A stretch of DNA of 64,000 nucleotides from a virus. The stretch's first letter is position 1, and every line of letters begins with the position of its first letter. This document shows, piece by piece, positions 18,088 to 27,230 of this stretch. The stretch is from positions 1 to 64,000 of IMG/VR virus record IMGVR_UViG_3300047496_000262. One strand, written 5' to 3'. Below the pieces are notes generated by a model. The model was not told where the DNA came from and searched no databases. It was given only the letters and a program-made list of their open reading frames with translations. The position numbers and the translations under genes were made by a program.

Positions 18088-18347
18088 TATCGCGCACTCC
18101 TTAGATATCGGCATTCGGCCTCGTCCCACTGATCGGCCGCAATCCGGCGCTCCGCCATGCCGTCGCAAGCCGCGTAGGCCTCTTCGAGCGTGTCGTACCA
18201 TTCGGTCGGCCAGTGCGGCGATCCCACGAGATTGGAGGACCGGCCCGCCAGCACCCATTTGCGGGCTTGGCGGCTAAAATAGCCGCCGGCCTTGGCAACC
18301 ATACGGCGCATGTGCGTGCGGCTGGTGAGGGGCTTGCTCGTGCTCAT
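18087..18347 (-). CDS. Hypothetical protein
   Basis: Coupled ORF. Confidence 0.55.
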   Translation of the reverse strand: MSTSKPLTSRTHMRRMVAKAGGYFSRQARKWVLAGRSSNLVGSPHWPTEWYDTLEEAYAACDGMAERRIAADQWDEAECRYLRSAR

Positions 18348-18580
18348 GACCGCGTACTCAGGAAAAGCATTTCAAATCGGCTCTCCTCATCCGACGTGAG
18401 CCGACGGGAGAGCGCCACCGTGCCGTATCGGTACCTTGATAGCGGCAACTCCGGCCGATTGACGGAGATACCCCATGGCTGCTCTACATAGTCCCAAGTA
18501 ATACCGGGAGGCAGCGTGACCGTGGAGCAGGGCCGCAACGCTGGTACATAGAGATAGGGAAGATCGGCTGGCGCGCTCAT
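18344..18580 (-). CDS. Small protein resembling the DarA C-terminal / LPD-type domain
   Basis: YLY..ALRP....LPPG...RYGTVALSRRLTSDEESRFEM pattern. Confidence 0.5.
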   Translation of the reverse strand: MSAPADLPYLYVPALRPCSTVTLPPGITWDYVEQPWGISVNRPELPLSRYRYGTVALSRRLTSDEESRFEMLFLSTRS

Positions 18581-19344
18581 GGCGACACCGGGATGATGAA
18601 ATAGGACGGCCTGCCGGTCTCGCCGTGGTCCAGCCGATAGATCTCGTCGCTGGAGCAATCGGCTTCGATGGCCTCGCGGGCGGCATCGGCGTTGGCGAAC
18701 ACCTCGGCATCCGACCAATCGTAGCTGTTCCAATCGCCAGCCGTGCTGGTTAAGCACCTAAAATCATCGCCGTCCGAATAATGGCTCTGTCTAATGACCG
18801 AGCAGGGGCCGTCGCACACCGCATCTTCCGCGTGGGTCAGTTCATCCGTTCCGACCACAGAGGCCCGCATCAGCGGGTCGCAATCGTCTGCTGGCAGCAA
18901 CCACACGGCCAGCCCATCCTCATGGTCCGCCCTCGTGCTGGTCGTTCCGTCCAGAGCCGCACCGAACGCGCGGCGGCCGGCGGCGCCCATCTTGTCGGGA
19001 TACAGCGTCACCGCCGAATCAGGTTCGTGCAGAACGGCGATCAGGGGCCAGCGCACCACCTCGTCATGCAGGTAGCGCATCCAGCCGATCATGCCTTGCT
19101 GGGTATGGTGCTCCCATATATCAGCGGGCCAGCCCAGTTTCAGCGAGGCGCGGAGAAAGCCGGTGAAGCAGGCCGGGCCATTCTCAACCACATCCAGCAT
19201 GGCCTCCTCGACCTCGGGCGCCTCCAGCGCCTCAATGCCGTAGACGATCTCCAGCGGCGGCAGCGTGCGATCGTCGGTGCCCAGCACCAGCGCCAGGCCG
19301 CCGCCGTCATCCTCGTACAGCCTGGCTTCTGTGATCTTTTGCAT
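18577..19344 (-). CDS. Hypothetical acidic protein
   Basis: RBS GAAAGGAAACC; ends YRLDHGETGRPSY. Confidence 0.75.
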   Translation of the reverse strand: MQKITEARLYEDDGGGLALVLGTDDRTLPPLEIVYGIEALEAPEVEEAMLDVVENGPACFTGFLRASLKLGWPADIWEHHTQQGMIGWMRYLHDEVVRWPLIAVLHEPDSAVTLYPDKMGAAGRRAFGAALDGTTSTRADHEDGLAVWLLPADDCDPLMRASVVGTDELTHAEDAVCDGPCSVIRQSHYSDGDDFRCLTSTAGDWNSYDWSDAEVFANADAAREAIEADCSSDEIYRLDHGETGRPSYFIIPVSP

Positions 19345-19378
19345 GGTCGGTTTCCTTTCGTGAAAGAGCGGTGTTGGA

Positions 19379-19699
19379 TCAAGGGCCGCTGGTGCAGATC
19401 ATGAAGCCCAGCAACTTACATTCGCGCTCGACCGCATCAATCATCTCTGGGTCTTGACCATCGCGCACCACGGGAACCGCATCGGAACCATCAATGTCGG
19501 CGCGATAGACAAAATATCCGCTTCGATTACTTGCGGGATGATGATGCCCCCTTTCATAGGTGTGATTATGCTCGCCGATTGAGGCGTCGAGCGCGGCGGC
19601 GTATTCCATCGGCGTGCCGGTGAAGATCTTGCCATCCAGGTCGGCGCTATCGCCGAAAATGAAACCCGAGTGGTTGTCGATCAGAATGTAGCGAGCCAT
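19379..19699 (-). CDS. Hypothetical phage protein
   Basis: MARYILIDNHSGFIFGDSAD; RBS AGGGAG. Confidence 0.75.
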   Translation of the reverse strand: MARYILIDNHSGFIFGDSADLDGKIFTGTPMEYAAALDASIGEHNHTYERGHHHPASNRSGYFVYRADIDGSDAVPVVRDGQDPEMIDAVERECKLLGFMICTSGP

Positions 19700-19731
19700 T
19701 TTCCGTCTCCCTGTTTCCGTTCGATCTGTTG

Positions 19732-20151
19732 CTAAAGATCGGTGTTGGTCATGATGGTAATGACGGGCTCGCCGCGGTCGCCCGGCCCCACGTCGATCCA
19801 CAGGCGGTGCAGCATCGGTTGCGCGTGATCCGGTTGCAGGACGCGCACTGAGAACTGCGCCCGGCGTTCCGCCGATTTCCGGCGGCGTTCGGCGCGGAGT
19901 TGCAGGGTTGCCATCCAGATCACATTGCGCAGGCGACCGGTTTCCGATTGCCCCACCATGTGCGGCGGCAGGGGGGTGGGCAGCGCCACGCACCGCGCCC
20001 AGGCGGTATCGGTGATGCAGGTGTGCCAGCGCAGGCCCAGCGGCACCGCCTGTTCCGTGATGTCGATCAGCACGCCGCCTTCGATGGCCTGCCGGCGGGT
20101 GTACGCGAAGATCAGTGGCGCATCGGCCAAGGGGTGATTGATCGGATCCAT
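19732..20151 (-). CDS. DUF6573-like protein
   Basis: YTRRQAIEGGVLIDIT...GPGDRGEPVITIM. Confidence 0.75.
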   Translation of the reverse strand: MDPINHPLADAPLIFAYTRRQAIEGGVLIDITEQAVPLGLRWHTCITDTAWARCVALPTPLPPHMVGQSETGRLRNVIWMATLQLRAERRRKSAERRAQFSVRVLQPDHAQPMLHRLWIDVGPGDRGEPVITIMTNTDL

Positions 20152-20212
20152 GATGGTCGGTTTCCTTTAAGAAAGACGGGCGCCGGTATCGTCCGGCGCC
20201 CGCTGATGGTGA

Positions 20213-21388
20213 TCAGGCCAGCACGGAAGCCTTGCGGTAGCGCTTGCTGAGAGTCCGCTCGTAGACCGAGGGGACCGGCGCTTCCGGTTCGGCCGCGGTC
20301 GGTTCCGCCGCCGGTTCATCCGCATCCGGGGTCGGATCGACGACCGCTTGCGGCTGGGCGGCCGCTTCTTCTTCCGCTTCCGGCACGGGTTCCGGCACGG
20401 GGGTCGCTTCCGGTGCCGGTGCCGGGGCCGCCAGACGCGGTGTCGTGCCCTCCAGAATCATCTGGATGCGCTTGGCATAGTCCGCGGCTTTTCTCAGGTG
20501 CTCATCGCGAATGACCCGGGGCAGATCCATGTTCTCCGCTTGGGCCAGATTGCGGGTTTCGTGCGCGCGTAGTGCGGCCAGGGTGCCCTTCATGGCCGGT
20601 GCCAGCAAGGCCACCGTCTTTACTTCCACCGGCTTATCGTAGCGCAACGGCATCAGGATCAGCGCCGCATTGGGCACCCCGCCGAAGGTGATGACCGTCG
20701 GATCCATCACATTGGATTGCCGCATCAGGTTGACCGAGGTGGCATTCAGGACGGTTGCCAGCGAGCCCACATCTTTCAGATAATTTTGGTTGAAGCTGAC
20801 GAAATCCAGCGGTTCCGAATGTTCAGCACCGCTCATGTCGATGCCGCCGATGACGTGGTTGTAATCTGGGAAGGTGCCGTGCACCGGCGCCATCCGCAGC
20901 GCGATCTCGTTCCAGTAATCGGTGACCTCCAGCTTGGCCGCCTTGTCGCCATAGCCGATGCGGCAGAACACCTGCAGGCCGCGCTGGGTGCTTTCCTTCA
21001 AGAGCTTGAACCGGCCCTTGAACAGCCCCAACGGGACGATAACGCCCTGGTGCAACCACGACGGCAATTCGTCATCCACATCGGGATCGAACGAGGCGAT
21101 GAACAGGCGATGCCCATCGGTCGAGACCACCCGCACCACACCGTCATGCGCGTGCAGAAAACAGCCGTTCAGGTAGTACCGGGTTTCTTCCGTCGAAGCG
21201 CATGACATTGCCGCTTCGATCAGGTGGAGCGGCGCGTTGATATAGGACAAGGGCTGCACCCGCTCCGCTTGCGGCTCGACCGGGGCTTCCGCGACCGGGT
21301 CCTGGTCGGCGACAAGACGAAAATCGTCCGCACCATCATCTGTGATGGCAGCGGCAGCAACATTGGTATCGGCATCGAAGGGTGACAT
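20213..21388 (-). CDS. DNA polymerase III beta-clamp-like protein with acidic/Pro-rich tails
   Basis: ASTEETRYYLNG...VVSTDGHRL...GTFPDY..VI...FNQNYL...LILMPLR, the central and C-terminal clamp motifs. Confidence 0.85.
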   Translation of the reverse strand: MSPFDADTNVAAAAITDDGADDFRLVADQDPVAEAPVEPQAERVQPLSYINAPLHLIEAAMSCASTEETRYYLNGCFLHAHDGVVRVVSTDGHRLFIASFDPDVDDELPSWLHQGVIVPLGLFKGRFKLLKESTQRGLQVFCRIGYGDKAAKLEVTDYWNEIALRMAPVHGTFPDYNHVIGGIDMSGAEHSEPLDFVSFNQNYLKDVGSLATVLNATSVNLMRQSNVMDPTVITFGGVPNAALILMPLRYDKPVEVKTVALLAPAMKGTLAALRAHETRNLAQAENMDLPRVIRDEHLRKAADYAKRIQMILEGTTPRLAAPAPAPEATPVPEPVPEAEEEAAAQPQAVVDPTPDADEPAAEPTAAEPEAPVPSVYERTLSKRYRKASVLA

Positions 21389-21456
21389 GGAGGGTTCCTT
21401 TACAGTTGGGTTACCGCTTGAGGAGCGGTGCCGGGCGCAACGCTGGCCGGCAGTCT

Positions 21457-21485
21457 TTTATAGCAGAATTTTCGCGCGAACGCAA
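21457..21485 (-). promoter_or_regulatory. Strong sigma70-like early promoter with overlapping operator
   Basis: TTGCGT-N17-TATAAA on the minus strand; TCGCGCGAACGCAA at 21472-21485. Confidence 0.7.
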
Positions 21486-21681
21486 CAGGAAACGACAGCA
21501 AGGGATGATTGTTTTGACTATGATCTACTTTGGAGGCATTCTCCACCTTGTGCAGACCTCGCCCCCGGTGCGCGGCATGCGCATGAGACCGCGAGATCCG
21601 CATCAGAGCGCGACAAAGGATGATCGGTCGGATATTGTCGCGTCCGTGCCAATTGATTGCGCGATGAAGGGATAATCGGCG

Positions 21682-22398
21682 ATGGCGACACGGGCTATGG
21701 GACCAGCCAGGCGATCTGCCAAGGCCGCGATGGCGACAGAGGCCGAACCAGACGACGTGGTGATCGCCGAGCCGGTTGATATGGCGCTGCGCGAACCGAT
21801 TGATGAGCCGCTGCGCGGGCCGACCCATGTGCCGCTGCGGGCGATTACCAAGCTGCCGATCAACGATCTGGTGGCGAACCCGCGCAACGCCCGTAAGCAC
21901 CCGGCGGCGCAGGTGGCGATGATGGCGAAATCGCTGCTGAAATTCGGCCAGACCCGGCCCATCCTGGCGCGCGCCCAGAACCGCATGATCATCGTCGGCC
22001 ATGGGTTGTGGACCGCGGCCAAGGATGCCGGCCTGACCGATATCGACGTGATCCTGTGGGATGTGGATCAGGCGACCGCCGATCAGTACATGGTGGCCGA
22101 TAACCGCTTGGGCGATCTTAGCAAGGATGATCCGGACCTGTTGGGTGCGTTGCTGCGCGAGGCGCCGGAGGCCGATCTGTTTTCCATGGGGTTCATGGCG
22201 ACCGATCTGGATGCCGCGTTCGGCCAGATGGAAACCATCCTGATCCACGAGGTGGAGGCGACCCCGGTGCATGACCGGTTCTGGATATCAGTCAAGGGCC
22301 GGTTGCGCGATCAGGCGCGGGCGCTGGACCGGTTGCGCCAGTTCCTGGCCGACATGCCCGAGGTCGAGGTGGAACTTGGCACCGTGACGTTGGACTAA
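21682..22398 (+). CDS. ParB/Srx N-terminal domain protein
   Basis: LVANPRNARKH...SLLKFGQTRPIL...IIVGHG...YMVADNRL. Confidence 0.88.
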   Translation: MATRAMGPARRSAKAAMATEAEPDDVVIAEPVDMALREPIDEPLRGPTHVPLRAITKLPINDLVANPRNARKHPAAQVAMMAKSLLKFGQTRPILARAQNRMIIVGHGLWTAAKDAGLTDIDVILWDVDQATADQYMVADNRLGDLSKDDPDLLGALLREAPEADLFSMGFMATDLDAAFGQMETILIHEVEATPVHDRFWISVKGRLRDQARALDRLRQFLADMPEVEVELGTVTLD

Positions 22399-22404
22399 CC
22401 CGAC

Positions 22405-23058
22405 ATGGCAGCGAAGCGGCGGCAGGATCTGGGCACCAATATGCTGGACCAGACGGCCAAGACCAACACCCACCCGGCGGCGCGGCAAGCGAAGATCGCC
22501 CTTCGCGAACGGGTGCTGAACGCGATCGGCCCCGACCGGTCGATCGTCTTCGATGCGTTTGCCGGCGATGGCGAGATGTATCGCGGCATCTGGCACCGCG
22601 CGGCGCAGTATGTCGGTTGCGACCGGAAATGGTACCGCGACGAGCGCACCGCCTTTGTCGCCGATAACCGGCGGGTGATGCGGGCGATGAGTGCCGCCGA
22701 TCTGAAGCGCTTTACCATCTTCGATTTCGACCCGTATGGCGCGCCCTGGTGGCAGGTGGCGATCCTGATCCAGCGCCGCCGGCTGGATCCCGGCGAGGTG
22801 TTGGGGCTGGTGCTGACCGAGGGCAGCGGGATCTCGCTGAAGATGGGCCATATATCCGGCGGGTTGCAGTTCCTGACCGGGGTGCGCGAGGGCGTGGCGG
22901 GCGGATCCATGGCGCATGAGGAACTGGTGGATATGGCACTGACCCAGACCGCGCGCCGGATGCAGGCCCGAATCATCAAGCGTTGGCAGGGCCGTGGAAA
23001 AACCGGTGCATCCATGCGATATATCGCGGTGCTACTGGAGGGCATCCAGCCGGAATAG
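22405..23058 (+). CDS. SAM-dependent methyltransferase-like protein
   Basis: VFDAFAGDG and FDFDPYG motifs. Confidence 0.65.
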   Translation: MAAKRRQDLGTNMLDQTAKTNTHPAARQAKIALRERVLNAIGPDRSIVFDAFAGDGEMYRGIWHRAAQYVGCDRKWYRDERTAFVADNRRVMRAMSAADLKRFTIFDFDPYGAPWWQVAILIQRRRLDPGEVLGLVLTEGSGISLKMGHISGGLQFLTGVREGVAGGSMAHEELVDMALTQTARRMQARIIKRWQGRGKTGASMRYIAVLLEGIQPE

Positions 23059-23070
23059 TGGAGATGGGCC

Positions 23071-23424
23071 ATGGCATTGGCGTTGCGCGAGGGTATCAGC
23101 ACCGATGATGTGAAGAAGGCGATATCGGCCAGTGGTGCCATCCTGACCCATGCGTCGCAATTGCTAAATGTCGAGCGGCGCGAGTTGGTCGATTATATTG
23201 AGACCCACAAATCGGTGCAGAAGCACATTGAGGAGACCAAGGACAAGTGCCTTGATCTGGCCGAGACCATGCTGATGCAACTGGTCAAGAAGGGCAATTT
23301 CCCCGCCCTGTGCTTCTATTTGAAATGCCAGGGCAAGGACCGCGGCTGGATTGAGAACGGCCCGGTGACCAGTACCGCGGTGCAGGTGAATGTGAGCATT
23401 TCCAAGGAAGAGGCGATGTTCTGA
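23071..23424 (+). CDS. Terminase small subunit-like HTH protein
   Basis: Immediately upstream of TerL; N-terminal HTH and DLAETML...GNFPALCFYLKCQGKDRGW. Confidence 0.75.
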   Translation: MALALREGISTDDVKKAISASGAILTHASQLLNVERRELVDYIETHKSVQKHIEETKDKCLDLAETMLMQLVKKGNFPALCFYLKCQGKDRGWIENGPVTSTAVQVNVSISKEEAMF

Positions 23425-23425
23425 G

Positions 23426-25393
23426 ATGCCCGCCCGTGGTGCCACGCTGGGCGAGCGGCGACTGGCCGCCAAGCGGCGGCAGGAGATCGAAGCCTATCTG
23501 CTGGACCATCCGGAGGAACGCGCCAAGCTGGATGCGGTGCAGGCAAGGCGCGCCGCGCTGTTACTGGCAAGGGATGAGCGCCGCAAGATCGCCCGCGACG
23601 CCAAGGTGGCCGCCCGCGAGGCCGCCAAGGCGCTGAAACCGGTCAGGCCCAAGCCGGAACCAAAACCCAAGCGCACCAAGAAAACCGCACCCGACCCGGA
23701 TGCGCCGAAGCGCGGCCCCAAGCCCGACCCGAACTCTAAGGCCGGCATCGCCCGGCGCGAGGCGGAGGAACGCAAGGCGCTCAGGGCGGCCACGCGGAAG
23801 ATCGAACGCGCCCAGATCCGCCGCGAGAAAGCCGCCGCCCATGCGCGCCTGATGCGCCAGAAGGCCCGCGACCAACAGGCGGCGGAGGAAGCAGCGGCCG
23901 AACGCCTGAAAGCGGAAGCGCTGGCCGAGGAGGCCCGGATCCGCGAGGAGCGCGGGCTTGAGGAAGAATCGCCCCGCCAGCCCATCGCCGATAACGAGGG
24001 GGATCTCGACCCCAAATTCACGCCCGTGCGCGACGGCAAGAAGCTGCCCCTGCCGCCCGATGTCTGGACGCCCAATCCCGGGCAGAAAAAGGCGATCAAG
24101 CTGCTGACCGGCCGGCAGCGCCACACGCTGATCTATGGCGGGGCCCGGTCGGGCAAGACCACGCTGTTGCTGATCGCCATCGTGACACGGTGCCTGCTGG
24201 CGGCCGGATCCCGGCATGTGATCGTGCGCTCGACCTTTTCCGAGGTGAAGCGATCAGTGTGGGTGGATACGTTCTATAAGGTCATGCGGACCAAGTTCAA
24301 AGGCGTGACCTTCCGCGAGAACAAGCAGGACCAGTTTGTCGAGTTCGCCAATAAATCCACCATCTGGTTCATCGGCCTGGACAAGAAGGAGCGCGCGGAA
24401 AAGATCCTGGGCATGGAGTTCTGCACCATTTTCTGCAACGAGTGTTCGCAGATCGCATATCCATCGGTGATGCTGGCGCTGACCCGGTTGGCGCAGGTGT
24501 GCTTTAAGGCCAATGGCGAGGTTCTGCCCCAGCGGGCCTATTACGATCTGAACCCGGCCGGCACGCAGCACTGGACCTATCTGATGTTCGTCTTGAAGAT
24601 GGACCCGCTGGACAAGCGCCGGGTGCTGGATGAGCCGGACGATTATCAGTACACCACGATCAACCCCAGCCAGAACGTGGCGAACCTGGATCCGAAATTC
24701 CTGCAATCGCTGGAACGGATGCCGCCGCGGTATCGCGCCCGGTTCTTTGAGGGCACCTACCAGAAGGAAATCGACGGCCAGCTATGGACCATCGAGGCGC
24801 TGGCAAAGGCGCGCTGCCAGCCCGAGGACGTGCCGCCCGGCTATAAGCGCATCGTGGTCGCGGTCGATCCCTCCGGTGCCGATGGCAGCGAGGAGAAGCG
24901 GTCGGATGCGATCGGCATCGTGGTGGCCGGCCTGGGCTATGACGATATCGCCTATGTGCTGGAGGATGCGACGATGACCGGCGGCCCGGCGGATTGGAGC
25001 CGGGTGGTGATCCGGCTTTACGATCGATGGAACGCCGACCGGATTGTGGCGGAATCGAATTTCGGCGGCGAGTTGGTGCGCTATACCATCAAGACCCGGG
25101 ACCGGCTGGCGAATGTGCATCTGGTGCGGGCCAGCAAGGGCAAGGTGGTGCGGGCCGAACCGGTTTCGACGCTCTACTTCGCCCCGCTGGAGAATGTGCG
25201 CCATGTGGGCGAGTTTCCGGAACTGGAGGAGGAGTTGCTGAACTTCTCCACCGCGGGCTATCAGGGCAGCCGCAGCCCGAACCGGGCGGATGCGCTGGTC
25301 TGGGCCTTGTCGGATCTGATGGTGCAGGGCCGGCCCCATTGGGCCACCGAGCGCCCGCCGCAGCCCCGGTCGATCCCGATCTTTGCCCGGTGA
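23426..25393 (+). CDS. terL: Terminase large subunit with a roughly 200-aa charged N-terminal extension
   Basis: YGGARSGKT Walker A, IFCNECSQ Walker B, YYDLNP, VVAVDPSG, AESNFGG, SPNRADALVWA nuclease motifs. Confidence 0.95.
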   Translation: MPARGATLGERRLAAKRRQEIEAYLLDHPEERAKLDAVQARRAALLLARDERRKIARDAKVAAREAAKALKPVRPKPEPKPKRTKKTAPDPDAPKRGPKPDPNSKAGIARREAEERKALRAATRKIERAQIRREKAAAHARLMRQKARDQQAAEEAAAERLKAEALAEEARIREERGLEEESPRQPIADNEGDLDPKFTPVRDGKKLPLPPDVWTPNPGQKKAIKLLTGRQRHTLIYGGARSGKTTLLLIAIVTRCLLAAGSRHVIVRSTFSEVKRSVWVDTFYKVMRTKFKGVTFRENKQDQFVEFANKSTIWFIGLDKKERAEKILGMEFCTIFCNECSQIAYPSVMLALTRLAQVCFKANGEVLPQRAYYDLNPAGTQHWTYLMFVLKMDPLDKRRVLDEPDDYQYTTINPSQNVANLDPKFLQSLERMPPRYRARFFEGTYQKEIDGQLWTIEALAKARCQPEDVPPGYKRIVVAVDPSGADGSEEKRSDAIGIVVAGLGYDDIAYVLEDATMTGGPADWSRVVIRLYDRWNADRIVAESNFGGELVRYTIKTRDRLANVHLVRASKGKVVRAEPVSTLYFAPLENVRHVGEFPELEEELLNFSTAGYQGSRSPNRADALVWALSDLMVQGRPHWATERPPQPRSIPIFAR

Positions 25394-25422
25394 CATGGAC
25401 AGTTGAAACCGAAGGAGACAGT

Positions 25423-25735
25423 GATGCGCCGGTTTATGATTATGTACGACGTGCCGGATGATTATCCGGAGATGAAAGGCATCCAGACGCTGGCGACCGA
25501 ATTGTACGAGCGGGACTGGATGCCGATACACCAGGATTCGGGTGAAATGGCAATCATGTTTGGCACAAAGGACATAAGATTTAGATGGTCTATGACCCAA
25601 CTCTCAACTGATTCATTCCCTCCAGAGTATCTCGCAGGCTTGATGAATAAGAATCTGGATCTCACTCAAGAGGCTGCCGAGCAGAACCGGTTATTGGGTA
25701 TAGATGCCGCGCCGGACTTCCCCAGCAAAGCCTGA
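25423..25735 (+). CDS. Hypothetical protein
   Basis: RBS AAGGAG upstream; lower-GC ORF. Confidence 0.6.
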
Positions 25736-26009
25736 TCCCATCCTTTTGCGCTTGGCCCAGGTGCAGAAGGACGCAAATGGCTATTTCCAGCGGGCGATGC
25801 GGCGCGAGAATGCCCCGACCGAGCGCATCGGCTGGGAGATGCGCGAGTTCCGCAAGGCGCTGATCGACCGGCAACCTCTGGTGCAATTGAGGATTCTGGA
25901 GAAGTACCGATCCCGGATGCGCGAGTGGTATTTCGCGCCCGAACGCCGCTTTGCCGGCATGGCGCGGGGCGAGCCAGCGGAAGATCCGGCCGCGGCATCG
26001 AAACGCTGA
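25704..26009 (+). CDS. Hypothetical protein (start uncertain)
   Basis: Coding-like ORF ending just before array B. Confidence 0.45.
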   Translation: MPRRTSPAKPDPILLRLAQVQKDANGYFQRAMRRENAPTERIGWEMREFRKALIDRQPLVQLRILEKYRSRMREWYFAPERRFAGMARGEPAEDPAAASKR

Positions 26010-26040
26010 TACCGCGGCCGGAAGGTGCTTGAGAGACAGG

Positions 26041-26357
26041 ACCTGCCGCACCGAACCCGGCCCGACCCCGCCGCGCCCCACCTTGACTGCATGACCAGGA
26101 CGCGCCGCGACGTAACGAGCCTTGACCCACCACGACCGCCCTGACTCGCCTTAACCGGCCAAGCACACCTCGCCTCGACCGCCAGACCGTGACGCGACAG
26201 ACAAGGCCTAGACCCACCTTGACTGCCGAACCCGGAACAAACACGACGGGCCCGGCCAAAACAAGCCCTGACCGCCTTGACGGTCGCACCGGAACGCGCC
26301 TCGACACGCCATACCTCAACGTGCCCCACCTTGCCTGAACCCACCTCAACACACCAA
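26041..26357 (-). repeat. Pentamer-periodic array B (G[G/T]Y-NN units), candidate multi-unit guide-like RNA array
   Basis: Plus strand: |acct| gccgc accga acccg gcccg acccc gccgc gcccc acctt |gact| gcatg accag gacgc gccgc gacgt aacga gcctt gaccc accac |gacc| ... Separators at 26041, 26085, 26134, 26177, 26221 and 26270 give units of 44, 49, 43, 44 and 49 nt. Confidence 0.9.
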
Positions 26358-26391
26358 ATTTGGACCGTCTAACCTTCCTTGACCGCGGCTC

Positions 26392-26709
26392 CTAAGCCGC
26401 CATATCCGCCTCATTATCCGGCGGATCCTGCTCCGACCCGTCGTCGTCACCGCGTTGAATCGCGCGGATTTCGGCGTCGATGCCGGTAATTTGTTGCACC
26501 AGAAGCGCGCGGTTGCATCTCAGCCGGCCCAGCAGAAGTTCGTTTAGCGCCATGATAGTACGAACGTACACCGGAACCGGCAGATCGCCGCTGACCCATC
26601 GATAAACCGTGTTCAGGGCACAACCGGCCTGGGCGCCCAGTTGCCGGCGGCTGATGCCCAGCGTCTTCAGCGCGGCATTCAGCGATTTTCCATCGGTGAT
26701 CGGGCTCAT
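26392..26709 (-). CDS. XRE-family HTH transcriptional regulator
   Basis: LKTLGISRRQLGAQAGCALNTVYRWVSG...VPVYV. Confidence 0.8.
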   Translation of the reverse strand: MSPITDGKSLNAALKTLGISRRQLGAQAGCALNTVYRWVSGDLPVPVYVRTIMALNELLLGRLRCNRALLVQQITGIDAEIRAIQRGDDDGSEQDPPDNEADMAA

Positions 26710-26921
26710 GATGGTCCTTCCCCGGTGGCGTACCGCAACGACGTGATCGTAAAGGCCGATGGCCCGACCCTGATGCCGCCCAGCATTTCGGCCGGCACCA
26801 GCGGATTGATGCCGGCACCGGCCTTGTTGGCGACCTCGACCGCGCCCAGGAGCGTGGCGGCCAGACCGACGGTGCGGCCGTCCAGGACAACCCGGCGGAT
26901 GCGTTCTGCCCGGGCGCTCAT
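26706..26921 (-). CDS. Hypothetical protein
   Basis: ATGA-coupled ORF MSARAERIRR. Confidence 0.5.
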   Translation of the reverse strand: MSARAERIRRVVLDGRTVGLAATLLGAVEVANKAGAGINPLVPAEMLGGIRVGPSAFTITSLRYATGEGPS

Positions 26922-27124
26922 GCCGCCTGTTCCAGGGCTTCGGCCAGGGCGTACCAGCCGGCGATATGGCGGAGGTCCATGGTGATGACCTGGGCGTCGT
27001 CCGTGGTCAGACGGCCCATCGCGTAGCGCCACGCCATGCGGAAGCGATTGGCCTTGTGGGCGACGCGCTGGCGGAGATGCCAAAGCTGATACTGCACCTC
27101 GCGGAGCGGGGGATTGTGAATCAT
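26918..27124 (-). CDS. Hypothetical protein
   Basis: RBS GGAAAGG; first gene downstream of the 27223 promoter. Confidence 0.6.
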   Translation of the reverse strand: MIHNPPLREVQYQLWHLRQRVAHKANRFRMAWRYAMGRLTTDDAQVITMDLRHIAGWYALAEALEQAA

Positions 27125-27194
27125 AGCATCGTTGCCTTTCCTGTTGATTTCTCAAGGCCGCGTCGTGCGGCGATGAGGCGAGAATCGCGGATTA

Positions 27195-27223
27195 GGTCTA
27201 TCAAGGATTTCGCGCGAGCGCAA
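27195..27223 (-). promoter_or_regulatory. Promoter/operator upstream of the operon that ends in array B
   Basis: TTGCGC-N17-TAGACC on the minus strand; TCGCGCGAGCGCAA at 27210-27223. Confidence 0.55.
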
Positions 27224-27230
27224 GTATTTT

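Noticed and set aside
21400-22272. 290-aa minus-strand ORF opposite ParB
   Set aside because: Antisense shadow that also runs through the promoter region.
25666-26352. Minus-strand Arg/Gly-rich ORFs across array B (and 1975-2283 across array A)
   Set aside because: Low-complexity translations of the pentamer pattern, which is open in several frames. There is no convincing RBS and they overlap plus-strand genes.
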